Source: Nymphaea colorata (Eukaryota). From it: a stretch of 64,000 nt of DNA. Location of the stretch: contig NC_045138.2 in the NCBI RefSeq assembly GCF_008831285.2, positions 43,028,001 to 43,092,000 on the forward strand. Direction: 5' to 3'. Made by a program: the position numbers and the translations under genes. Below, one piece after another: positions 42,131-54,659 of the stretch (positions within the stretch are counted from its first letter, which is position 1; every line of letters starts with the position of its first letter). The notes beneath the pieces are model-generated. The model had not been told where the DNA came from, did not search any database, and was given only the letters and a program-made list of their open reading frames with translations.

Positions 42131-42180
<50 letters not shown>
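42131..42180. repeat. (GA)n microsatellite
   Basis: Directly visible. Confidence 0.95.
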
Positions 42181-42183
<3 letters not shown>

Positions 42184-42599
42184 AGAGAGAGATTGAAGGT
42201 GTACCAGAGATTGAACACCTTTAGAAGATCCTTCTCTTCCCTCTCTATCTTGACCTTCTCAACCCATGCTCCTTATTTGTCTCTCTCAAACTCACTTTCA
42301 CTCATATCTGAATGATAGCTGCTTACGGCCCATGCCCTACCCTTTTGTCTCCCCCAAAATTACCCTCACTTTGATACGAGCTAAATCCCTCTCTTTTTCT
42401 CCCATCAGCTTGGTCTTGGTGTTTCTCTCTGAACAAAAAAAAAATTGGCGCGCAAATATTCTTGAAACACGAAACATATTTGTGCGCCACACGGTTGACT
42501 TATTCACAATGGCTATTGCCACAACCAGCAGTAGTAGCAAATGAATAACATTGTTACAGTGTATTTGGATTGTATGTGTATCTCAACTTGATGATGTGT

Positions 42600-43500
42600 G
42601 TGTCAAAGAAATCTCATATGATGCCTTCTTCATCGACTTGTTACATTTTTTCCTGCTACTGTTCCATGCTGAACAATCTCTTGCCAAGATTCGAAAATAG
42701 TTGGATTGTCGCCCTACATGTTTGTAGAACTAGGATTATAGAGCAAAGATGCATCCTTCATCATGGTCTACATCTCCAATTGAAAAGTTGGAAAGCCCTC
42801 TGTATAGGAAGGCAAGAGCCAACATGGCAATTGACCAATGGTAGACTTTAATGTTTCTCCACTTTTTAAAGAGGTGAGCGACCGTAAGATCCATATTTTT
42901 TTTTTATTGTAGAAGAAAATAAGTCCAACATTGCATGTCATCATTGAATTCTTGTACTTGTCAAAAGCACTGCTAGATTGAGTGATTGGATCAACACATT
43001 AGAAAAGCTCTTTGTTGACACACTCTAGTTGAATGAATTGGTATCCTTCTTGTTCCAAACATAGCCAACTCCTCTTTCCAATGAGTTTGTGCATCCCCTC
43101 TAAAATTTTGACTTTTTCTTTATTTCTAAGGAATTGACTTCAATTGGCCATCTAGTATCACCTTCCGGCTCAAGGAGTGCCATGATGTTGGAAAATTCAT
43201 CCGGGGTGATGGTCATTTCACTCCATGAGAACCAAAATGTACTAGTTCTAGGGTTCCATCTATCAGCAATTGCATGGACCAAACTACCATTGATAGGCTG
43301 AACCATTTAGTTGATGGCTTTATTAAGCCCACAGTTATCCAAGTGGTCTAGAAACATACATTAGAAGGTGGGATACTATGACATGTACCATTGTGTTAGG
43401 TAGAATCTATTTGGTGTGGTATGATGCCTAAATCCACCTTGGCATTCACCAAAGAGAATGTAGTCATAGGGCAAAATATTCTTCAAATCAAAAGAGTCCA
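42600..43500 (-). pseudogene. Plant mobile domain (PMD, aminotransferase-like) remnant, probably an extra ORF of the Gypsy element
   Basis: NGSLVHAIADRWNPRTSTFWFSWSEMTITPDEF and LALAFLYRGL match the PMD motifs L.ERW...T.TF....GEMTITL.D and LA.LYR.L. Confidence 0.8.
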
Positions 43501-44507
43501 TCTGGACAAAAGAAGGTGAATTCTATTAGACACTAATTGATGGGATTGATAAGAGCGAATGAGAAAACTTCACTCATTTCGTGTAAACAAGGAAATAGAT
43601 AATTGTGTCCTAAAATTATATTGTTTTTGGAAAACAGTCTTACATCCATAACAAGCCTAAATGGTTGCTACACCAAGGTCAAGGTCTTGGCCCTTTTCAA
43701 GTTTATCTATGGTTTGAGGCTCTCCATTTCTTTTTGTTCACCAATCAATATATCAGAGACTATGATCCATTTTGGTACTATTGGGGAGACTTTTTAGTCT
43801 AAGTGGGTGGTCCAGTTGTCAGGTTATATCTTAGACAGTGTCCCAAAAATAACCTGATAGCATGATGATTAAGACTTGATAGATAAGGGGGTTTTGAAAA
43901 TTTGAACATAGAAATAGATGTCTTTGTTGCATACATTCCTAGGAGATGAGTTTTAAAATTTGGAGAGCAAACATTGGTTTCATGCAAATCCTAGATTGAG
44001 GGAGGGTGAGATCAGAACTAGGAAAAACATGCTTTGTCTCCTCAATTGGTCCTAGATACATAGAACATGCATGATGACAGAGGGTGTGGTCATGAAGGTT
44101 TTATGCAATTGATGTCCAGTTCTTTAGAAAATGACCTGTGCTTGAGAAACTAGACAAATGATGATGGGTCCCATTAGGCATGCCATCTATTCACACCCCT
44201 CCTGCAAATAGGGGATCACATGAAACAGAAAAAATTGAGATTTTGTTTGGAAACAGATTTTAGGAGAAAGGGATCTACCCATCGATACGAGGTTTGACCA
44301 TTCCTGCCACCTTTAGTAGGAATAATCAGTCTAAGGTTTAGAATTTCTCAAACTTGACAAGTTATTTCTCCTATATGCTTGTGAAGAATTAAATTTTTAA
44401 GTTTGGAAATTGTTATGAACTTGGTCTGAAAGATTGAATTTATTTGGTCTTGGTTAGAAATTCTCTTTGGATGTCAGTAGTTTTGGAAGTGTCTCTTGAA
44501 TTGACAC

Positions 44508-47500
44508 TATTGATGAGCATGTTTGTGGGCGAGTCATGGGTCCAGACTCAGCCCATCCATGTCTTAAGTGTTGGTTATTGTCATACACTTAAGTAGTTGT
44601 TTAACCCCATTTTGAGGTTAATGAAAGTATTGAGAGAGCGGACGACTACGAGTGGGCACCGATTTCTTCCTCAGTCGTGGTTTTTTTAGAGAGGTTTCCT
44701 TGTTAAATTTTGTGTGTTATTGTTCTTCTCTTCTTCGTTTTCCATCTTTCTACATGGTATCAGAGCTAAATTTTTGGATCAAAGAAGATTTTTCCTATTA
44801 AGCCATTACCTTAGTGCATGGTCAATGGAGCCACTACTGGAGCCATAGCTTGAGTGCACCGTCGCTGGAGCAGTAGGTTTAAGTGCATCATTGCTAAAAT
44901 TGATCATCATGTGCACAGTTTTGGTGCCGTAGACTGGAGCAAGTCTTCTTGCATCGCCTAAAGTGGTGTTGTTGCTTGTGCATAGTCTTAATGCCGTAAA
45001 CTGAAGCAAGTACTCTTGCACCGCGTGGTTTCTGTGCTTCATGATTCACGTTATGCTAGATGGATATTGAGCAGAAGGGGGAAAGCTCGAATGAAAGGAT
45101 GGATTGAGTGGCACAAAAATCAGATCATCTTCCAGTCCAGGTCACGATGATTCGCTTGACCAAAGACAATTACCTTCTCTGGTTTGTAGTAATCAAATTG
45201 GAATTGTAGGTCATGGCCAAATTTCTTATATAATGGGAAGAAGAAACAACATTTTGAAAATGAGCCCTTATGAGAAACATGGTATCTTGAAGACAACCAG
45301 ATCGAAACCTGGATTGTTAACTTTTTTGCTACTGAAATTCAGGCGTTGAATCTTCGAAAAAGGATTGCCTACGATATGTGGGTTGTCCTTGAACAATGTA
45401 TGGGTAGAAAAAGAAAGATGTTTGTATCTACCAATTGATAAAGGATATATATGCTCTTTGATAGGGAGATAAAAAACTGTAGCTGAATTTAATGCTTTCT
45501 TCAAGTCGAAATGGGAAGAGTTGGATTATTACTCCGAAGATAAGTGGGAGTGTGCATATGATCAAAGCTGTTTTGGAAAAAGGAGTTAAAAAATCACATT
45601 TGTGTTCCTTGGAGGCTTAAATGATAAATTTGAGAGCATTTGAAGTCAGATTCTTAACTCTAGGGAAGTTTCTAACATTGAAGAACTCCATGTTGGAGTC
45701 AAGGCTGATGAACAAAGCCATCTTGTTATGGTTGGCAATGATTCCACTGTCACCATGCCCGTCATGCAGTATGCCCTCGCTAGTCGTGGCCTGGGATTGA
45801 GCCAAAAAGACATTCAGAGGTGCTCACATTGCAAAAAGAATGGTCATACCTTTGATTTTTGTTGGGATCTCCATTCGAAAGGGAAGAATAATCATGGCAG
45901 CAAGAACCTGGGATGAAAAAAGGTGGCTGCTGATCTTGAAGTTTCTTATTATACTAGTGACAAAAAGGAGGTTATAGCCGACCAGATTCATGAATTTCAA
46001 GCTGCATTGATGTTCTCAAAGATGAGTCTTCTGATGATGTGAAGATCTATCGTGCCCTTGCCATGAGTGGTGATAAAGGTAATTCGTGCTTTGCTAAATG
46101 GATGATTGATAGTGGCACTACTGACCACATGACAAGAGATCCCAAGGTATTTCAGGAATGCCATTTCTTTTCTAGGAAGGAGAGGGTTGATTTAGCCGAT
46201 GGTTCTTCTATATTTGTAGCTGAAAATGGGAGTCTTACACTGTTAAATAAATATTTAGTTCATAATGTCCTTCACATTCCTCATCTTCCTTTGAACGTTT
46301 TGTCTATTAGCCAGACCATCAAGGAGGTGAACTGTAACTTAATATTTTCTATTGATCGATATGTTTTGTAGGACTTGATGATGACCAGAAAGTTTGAGAT
46401 TGGTTTGGCTTATGATGGCCTGCATTATCTACCATTGAAGGTTGCAACTGCTCTTATTACAACAATTAATGAGAAAAAGAATAAAAATGATTAGATTCAG
46501 CTTGTTTGGAGTTGGCACGAGAGACTCGGGGATCTTCTTTTTGTTTTACTTTGATGTTTGTTTCCTGATTTGTTTTCCAGCATTAGCATGGACTTAGTAT
46601 CCCGTGAAGTCTGCCAATTGGCTAAACATGTTCAGGCTTCGTACCCATTCCTGAAAGTCGATCTAACAAAGCTTTTGCCTTGATTCATTTTGATGTGTGG
46701 AACCCCTTGAGCATTTCCTTTAGTCATGGCTTTCAATACTTCATTACGTTTATTAATGATTACTCATGCAACACTTTTGTTTATCTATTGAGAGATCATA
46801 GTGAAGTAGTTCATGTCGTTGAAACCTTTATTACTCTTGTAGAAACACAATATAATGCTTCTATTCAGATCTTTCAATCTAATAATGCTCGTGAGTATGT
46901 CTCTCATTCTATTGAAATATTCATTCGAAAAAAGGGAATTGTCCATGAGACATCATGTAGTTACACCTCATCTCAAAATGGGATTACTAAGTGAAAGAAC
47001 CGTCACTTGCTTGATGTCACTTGAGCCCTGTTATTTCAGCGACATATGCCCAAGAAGTATTGAGGTGATGTTGTATGCACCAGTTTTTATCTTATCCACC
47101 GTATGCCTAGTCATGTGTTGAATGGGCAGACTCCTTACTCTATGTTAATGGCTGGCCATGACCATTCACTCTTCTCCCTTGTGTGTTTAGCTATGTTTGT
47201 TTCATTCATAATCACAGTTTAGATGTCAAGAAATTAGATCCTCGAGCCATTAAATGTGCATTCTTGGGTTACTTTACTACACATAAAGGGTATAAGTGCT
47301 TGAATCCCTCTACAAGGCACTGTTATGTGACTAATGATGTGACATTCTTCAAGCATATTTCCTACTTTCAACTGAATCCTTTTTAGGGGAGATTTCGAGA
47401 AGAAAGGAGGAAGAGTATTATCAGTTGCAAGAAATTTAGTTTGCTGACTTCCTGGACTATAAGAGTGAATAGTACAGAGAAGCTGATGTCGCTGAACAAT

Positions 47501-49575
47501 ATAAGAGTGAAAATGAACCACATAGTACTACAGGGCAGCGTGAAGGGCAGTTTGCAGGGCAGCATGATCATTTATTTGGACATGTTTACTCTAGGAGACA
47601 CCCTAGTGAAGTTGTAAAGAGTGAAAACACCAATCCCAATTCTGAGATATCCCTGGATGAGCCAAGTCCAATGTGTGAGGAACATGATGAAGATATCAAA
47701 AGTGACATGAATGCTGAAGAGCTTCCTATTGCTCAAAGAAAAGGGACCAGGTCATATACTATGCACCCTATTGGTAACTTTGTATCTTATTCCAAGCTTA
47801 GTAGAGATTACAAATGCGTCATATCCTCTCTTTCCACTTTTATATAGGATTGTTGTTGAGGCTCAGGTGGATCTAAAATGGGTTCTTTCTATGCAAAAGG
47901 AAACAAAATCCCTTGACAAGAATAGAACATTGGAAGCTGTAGATATTCCTGAGGGTGCTCATCTTGTGGGATTGAAGTGGGTTTATACGAGGCTTGGCTG
48001 GACACAAAAGGTTTCAGTCAAAAGTACGGCACAAACCACCTGAAGATGTTTGCTTTAGTTGCAAAGACTGTCCGGGTGATTCTTGCTTCAGCAGTTTTAA
48101 ACGAGTGATAAATGTATTAACTTGATGTGAAGAATGTCTTCCTTAATGGTGATTTAGAAAAGAAAGTTTACATGAGTATGCCCCTAGTTATGAGAGAACA
48201 TGAAAGCGTTGCATATTAAAGAAGACTTTGTATGGTCTTAAACAGTTTCATTGGTCATGGTTTGAATACCACAGACTTGTGATGAAGAAACATGGATATC
48301 ATCATGGTAATGGAGATCACACACTCTTTGTGAAATAGAAGGAAGACAAGGTTGCCATTCTCTTAGTTTATGTGAATGACATGATAGTTACAGAAGACGA
48401 TGAAGAAGATGTTATAGGGCTGAAAAAGATGTTAGCTTCAAAGTTTGACCTCAAAGGACCTCAAAAGTTAAGATACTTCCTTGGTATAAAAATGGCTAGG
48501 CCAAGTAGTAATGTTGTCCTAAATCAAAGAAAATACACTCTTAACCTGCTAAAAGAGACCGAAAAACTTGACTCCAACCATCTCCTACTCCAATGGATGC
48601 CAATAGTAAGATAAGTATCAGTAATGGGAAGCTACTTGGTGATGAAACTAAAGAGAAATATCAGCAAGTTGGAAAGTTGATTTATCTCACTTACTATACC
48701 TGACATCACTTTTGTCATTAATGTGATAAGTCAATTCGTGCATGCTCCTACTAATGCTCATTGGAAGGCTACTGAGAGGATCTTGTGTTATCTAAAGAAG
48801 AATCCTGGTAAGGGCCTATTATACATGAGACAAGATTAGCTTAACATTGAGGGATACTTTGATGCTGATTAGGCTAGATGCATTGATATGATGAGGTCTA
48901 CCACATGTTATTATGTCCATTTGGGAGGCAACCTGGTGGTGTAGAGAAGTAAAAGGCAAGATGTTTTTTCCCACTCGAGTGCCAAGGCTTAGTACCATGT
49001 TGTATCTATGGGAGTTTTTGAATTATTGTGGCTAAAAGTATTGATGGCTGATATCATGATTAAAATTGTTGGACTTATGAAAAAATACTATGATAATAAC
49101 TCTACGATAAACCTTAAATGTTCTCATGTTACATGATAGGATCACACATGTGGAGATTGATATTGAGAGAATTGACTCCAAGGAGATTGTATTGTCATAT
49201 ATGAAGTTAGAAGGTTAAGTTGCAGATGTGTTGACAAAAGTTTTATCTTTTACTCAGTTTGAAAAGAATGTAAGCAAGTTGGGCATGTTTGACCTGTATT
49301 ACCAACTTGCGGGGAAATGTTGACGAGCATGTATCTAAATGGGTCATGTGTCCATACTCGTTCTGTCCATGTCTTAAGTGTTGGTGATTGTCATATACGT
49401 AAGTAGTTGTTTTACCCTAATTTGGAGGTTAATAAAAATGTTGAGAGAGAGTGGATGGCTGCTAGTGGGCACCAATCTTCTTCCTTAGCCATGGTTTTTT
49501 TCCCTCTGTTTAGAAGGGTTTTCCACATTAAATTTGTGTGTTATTTTTCTCTTCATTGTTTTCTATATTTCTACA
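44508..49575 (+). mobile_element. Degenerate full-length Ty1/Copia LTR retrotransposon
   Basis: LTRs at 44508-44754 and 49318-49575; PBS TGGTATCAGAGC at 44755; PPT GCGGGGAAA before 49318. Zn knuckle CSHCKKNGHTFDFC, protease WMIDSGTTDHMT, integrase IHFDVW, RT YVNDMIVT, RNase H remnants. Many stops; no matching TSD. Confidence 0.95.
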
Positions 49576-51489
49576 AAGATGATCAATCCTAAGGTTTGAA
49601 GTAAGGTTTAGCTGAAATTGGGAACTCGATAGTTGAAATCTCGCTATTTTGAAAGTTGCTTTGATTCTCGAGGTGAATTGAAAATTGGACTTGGAGATCA
49701 AGAATTTGGGCTAGGAACAATTGAAATTTGGCCAATTTTGAAAATTTTCTTAATCCAAACAGTTGAGTTTTAAGACTTGATCAGAAAATCTGAAGATGTA
49801 GTATTTGTTTAAATTAAGACTATTGAATTATCCCTGGGATAAGAAATTTGACTAAATTGAAAACCAAAATTTTGATTAGATATTAAGATCAAAATTTGGA
49901 AATCAATTTTGGAGAAGTTAGGCTAAGAATGATTGACATTTTGAACAAAAAAAAAAAGAATTGACTTGATCTTGGGAAATATGGAAATGTCAATGGTATT
50001 GGCTTGAATCTCAATCTTTAGAAAAATTGACTTTCCCTTGATTAATTGAGAATTTGAATAGTCAGAATCCAGATTTGGAAAAATTTCTTGATTTTGAAAT
50101 GTTGGTTTTTCAAAACAGACAAAGTTATGAAATTTGCTTGGTCCGGGATAAATTTGAGAGAACCATATTGAACGACTTTGATCAGGTTTGATCCCAGGAT
50201 GGAACTGGAAATTTAGGAGGTTCAAATTATAAACCACTTTGACATTATATTGATTTTTGGAATGCATTAGAGAATTTGGTTTTGAGATAAAAAAATCCCA
50301 TTTTTGAAGACTTTGAATCACTTTAGAAATTTTGTGTTTTCGTTTTGAAGTGAGGGACAATTTTTTGTCGCAATATGACTTGGTCACAGTAGCAATCCAA
50401 ACTGAACTCACTTACATCTTGACGCTGGTGAGTGGGTGTATTTGTAAAGTTAGTGAACACATGTATTTATGAAGTAAACTATATGATTATCATTCATGCT
50501 TTGCTTTCTTTCAATCTATGCATAATTGGATCTCATATGGACATTGGCCCGCTTTGGAAGTTGAAATTGTTGGAAGACCACTGAATCAATTATTGTCATC
50601 AAGAAGACATTTAAAGTAAGGTTCATGAGCTTAGTTAGATTTCCAAATTTTGATTTTGAAAATTTGATAGGTTTTGTACATCATCTTGTTTGCTATGGTC
50701 TTAACCAATTTTGGCTATAATATGGACATTGTGGAAGATTGGTTTGTTTTCTCAAAACCTGATGTTTTGGATCTGTGAGAATCAAAGCTTAATTAGGTTA
50801 TGCATTGGATTTTGATTAGACTTGGTAAACTGGTTTTCGAAACCATAGGAAGTTTTGAAAATTTCAAAAACGTGTATGTATGAACAAGAAACAATTTGTT
50901 TCAAAATAAACTCAATTTGATCATTTTTTCCAATTGCAAGATGAACTGCCCTCATGATTCGAGTGAATCCAATCTTTGGTGGACTAGATTTGATGGGCCC
51001 TTGAGTCCAATTCACCAACTTTTCGTGAAGCGGGAGCATCATTCATTCATCACTGATCCCTCTCTTTTTATGCACTTCAGGAGAGAAGACCAGGTAACAT
51101 GTAAACAAATGAGCCAATCTTCCACTCAAAATTTGAAGGTTTTCTCACGTAGTTTCACAAGGATTGGGATCCTTTCAAAATCAGATTTTGGTTTATGGGA
51201 TGGGATGGTTGTAAAAATAATATTTTCTGGTTTTTCAAAACAGGGTTTTGGTTTAAATAATTGCGAAAAATTTGCAAGAGTGCATGCACGTATGCTTTTA
51301 ACATGTACATATCATGTGTGACTACCTAGCTGGACATCATTCCCAGCTTTAAGCTAAATTTAAGAAAATCACTCCCACATATTGGCTCTTCCACATTTAT
51401 GTGAGAAAACAAAATAGAATCAATTGAACTACTTTCCCTCGTTGAGTGAAGTCGATTGAACGAGTTCATGAGAGAGATATGGTCATATT

Positions 51490-52900
51490 AGGGAGCCATG
51501 AAGTCCAAAGGTTGTAATGATCTTTTATCTTTCCATCCAAATTCAACAATGTACCAATTATATTGTCACAAACATTCTTTTTATATGCATTACATGTAAG
51601 TTGTGACAGAACAAATTATGCTTCCAATATCGCAAAGTGAAAACTATATTTTTCTTTTTCCAATTTCATGACAAAGGTTCATGTTCCACCTTTTCTAATG
51701 CATCAATTCTAGAAAGACGTGTCTGAGTACTTTTTAGTTTCAGTCCCATCAAATTAATGTTTGTCCAATCTAAATGCATGATTTATAGGTTCAATGACTC
51801 ATATAACATTCATTACAACTATTTCTTAAATGATAAGAATATGAATTCTTTTGGCATATAGGGGATGCTAATTTTCCTTTTGTACTCCATTTTGGAAAGT
51901 CTGCATAAGCTGAAAAGTCATTTTTGGTCCACAAATCTGCATGCATCTAAAAACATTGTTTTTTGTTTGCATCATAAGTATCTACACAAAATTCCCATAA
52001 TATTTTTAAAACATCAATTAGTGATTTCAAATAACATCAATTTTTTCTCTTGGGGAATTTTAGCCTAGAACTTAACAAACACAAATTCATGTATGGTTGT
52101 TTCATACATATCCATGGTGGCAGATACTATATGATATACTCAAAGTGCAAAAGAGATTGAAACCATTGCTTGTTAAACCAAGTTTGACATTTTGATTGTG
52201 TAATTCAAAAATGGATGCAATTCATCAAAAGTTTTTTCTATGCTAACGAAGAAAAAATGTGTCATAGTATATCATCTTTAATGTCCCCTTCATCATGCCA
52301 TCTCTTTTTTTAAGAAAACTACATTCTCTAAAGCCTTGGTATTAATGAAATGTGACGTATAGCCTTCGCAGGAATTTTTCAAGCTCTACTTTGATTTTGT
52401 TGTTCGACATCTTCTCTCCATCTAGAAGCACCACAAACATTACATGGATCCTTGCCGCTAGATTATTTCCAAAACAACATACAATTTTGAGGACATATGT
52501 CTATCTTTTTACAAGTCATACCCAATGCTCTAATAATTTTTCTTGTTTCATAAAATGACTTTGGTATTTATACACCTGTAGGAAATGTGACTTGCATTAA
52601 CTCCAATAACATATCAAATGATTTACTACTCCATCCATGTGTGCGTTTTATGTGAAATAACTAAATAACAAAAAACAAATTTGAGAATTTTTCACATCTA
52701 GGATATATGATTCTTTAGCATCGTTTAGTAACTTTGCATATTCTTTATTTTATACATATTGATCTTTCATGTTACCATCTATACCTTTATCATCCATACC
52801 AATGTTATCGTCATCTATTGATTGTATTTTGAATGTATCTTTTATCAAATTGTCCATGTTATCTTTGTTATTTTTTGCAGTTTGATCATGACCACTTTCA
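51490..52900 (-). mobile_element. CACTA TnpD (Transposase_21) transposase remnant
   Basis: HGWSSKSFDMLLELM..P...IPKSFYETRKIIRALG..KIDICPQNCMLF..CNVCGASRW and HNLHVMHIKKNVCDNIIGTLL..GKIKD, with stops. Confidence 0.85.
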
Positions 52901-54659
52901 GTTGGTAATAATAACTCACAATGGTAAGACAAGGTTGTAATTTTGGATGAAACCAATACATAACACATGATCCACAACATCTCTTATCGATTAAAATAAG
53001 CAGTAGTTGTACTTTTTACATGGGCACCTAATTTTCCCATCAACTACTATACTATTTGCCATCCACAACATCATTCACGTGCATGTTAAGGAAAAAAGAA
53101 AGTATTTATAACAAATCATATATTCAATTAAAAGTTATAAAGTACAATTAAACAAAGTATTAGTCTACCTGTCCTTATGTATCCAAATTTGTTCTCCCAT
53201 CTTTAACAATTACATTGTTTTAATAGGCGCTTCAACTGATAAAAACTGGACATATTGGTTTACTAATATATTTAGTTACATTGAACAAATAACAAAGTAC
53301 AAAATATGACATAAACACGGCCTTTTGAACTCCTAGGATTTTGCTGACCTTTGTAGACAACATTTGACACTCATGTTATATAAGCACAAATTTAACAAAA
53401 AATGAGTACAATGTAGAGGTAAACAGATTGTTTTGCAATCACCCAAAAGAATGAAAAACTACAACTTTGGCTACCATAATGAAAGCTTCCAGCTTTAGGA
53501 AGCTAGTCAAAAGGAGGGAATACATTGTGGGCTTAATCATTTATATAATGGTTTTTCCAGAGGCCATACGATAACCAAACTATATATCAAAAATCTTCTC
53601 AAATGTTTAGTCAAGTTGGAAAGCAAGCTCCATCAAGAAAAGGTGCAGGAACAAGCAAAGTTCTGAGCTACTTGATATCCCATAGTACTAGAAGTGGATG
53701 CATGTCAACACTTATTTATGGAAGATGAAACTAAGCATTATTTTTTAACTTGTCTTGATAAGCAAGATTACAAAACACTACAGAAAGAGAAAGCATGAGC
53801 TATATTCACATTAAACTAAAAGTGAAACTGGGTTTCTCTTTACATCCAGAAAGAAAGAGGAAAGAAGGACCTTTGGGGTAATTTATTTGGAAAATAAAGA
53901 TGGACATGATTATTGAATCACCATCTCCTTGGCTTCATTTTTTCATTCACCATTTTTTCAAAGAAATAACACAACCACCAACAGCAGTATCACTAGGATT
54001 TACAGAGACAACACCTTGGAAAATTCAAGTAGCAAAATGGAAGTTTTGGCACCTGATCTTAAGGGATCTTCAACTTTCAAATCTTTACATTTTTCTCTTT
54101 CATAATTGTACTGTTGAAATTTTCTTGGAGGCTGGTCTAAGCCTGTTGGTTGCTTTTATTGTTGCAGTTAGTCACAAGCCATGCCAAAAATTTGGTGCTA
54201 TGGACTAGTTTAAAAAGCCCACAGGTAAATGTGCAAGGAACCTAAAGTGAGAGTTTGGTTTTAAATAGTTGGTTGGGAGCTAAACAGGTCAAAAAGAGAG
54301 CTAGACTTGTCCGCTATAAATAGTATGCCATTAAAATATAACACAAAGATGAAAGGATAAATTTCCAAAGTTGGTGTGGGGAAAAATGTCAATGATTCCC
54401 CACTTCACAAATCTCACCGATGGACATATGCCACTAAGGGAGACACAAGCAATGAGAGAGAGAGAGAGAGAGCCGATAAAATGGAAATATATAACAAAAT
54501 TTGGAGACAAGAGGTCCCCTAGGTACAAAAACAATCCGGAAAAAACAAACTGCAAAAACAGAAGCAGGAAGAAGAAATATACAATACAATGCACAGAAAA
54601 ATAAGAGAGAGAGGAAAGACGGAGCGGCATAGTCACCCAGCCGCAGACGGACAGCGGCG

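Noticed and set aside
49600..51480. Possible Ogre 5' UTR/PBS region
   Set aside because: Only a weak PBS-like motif near 51340; no LTR pair found.
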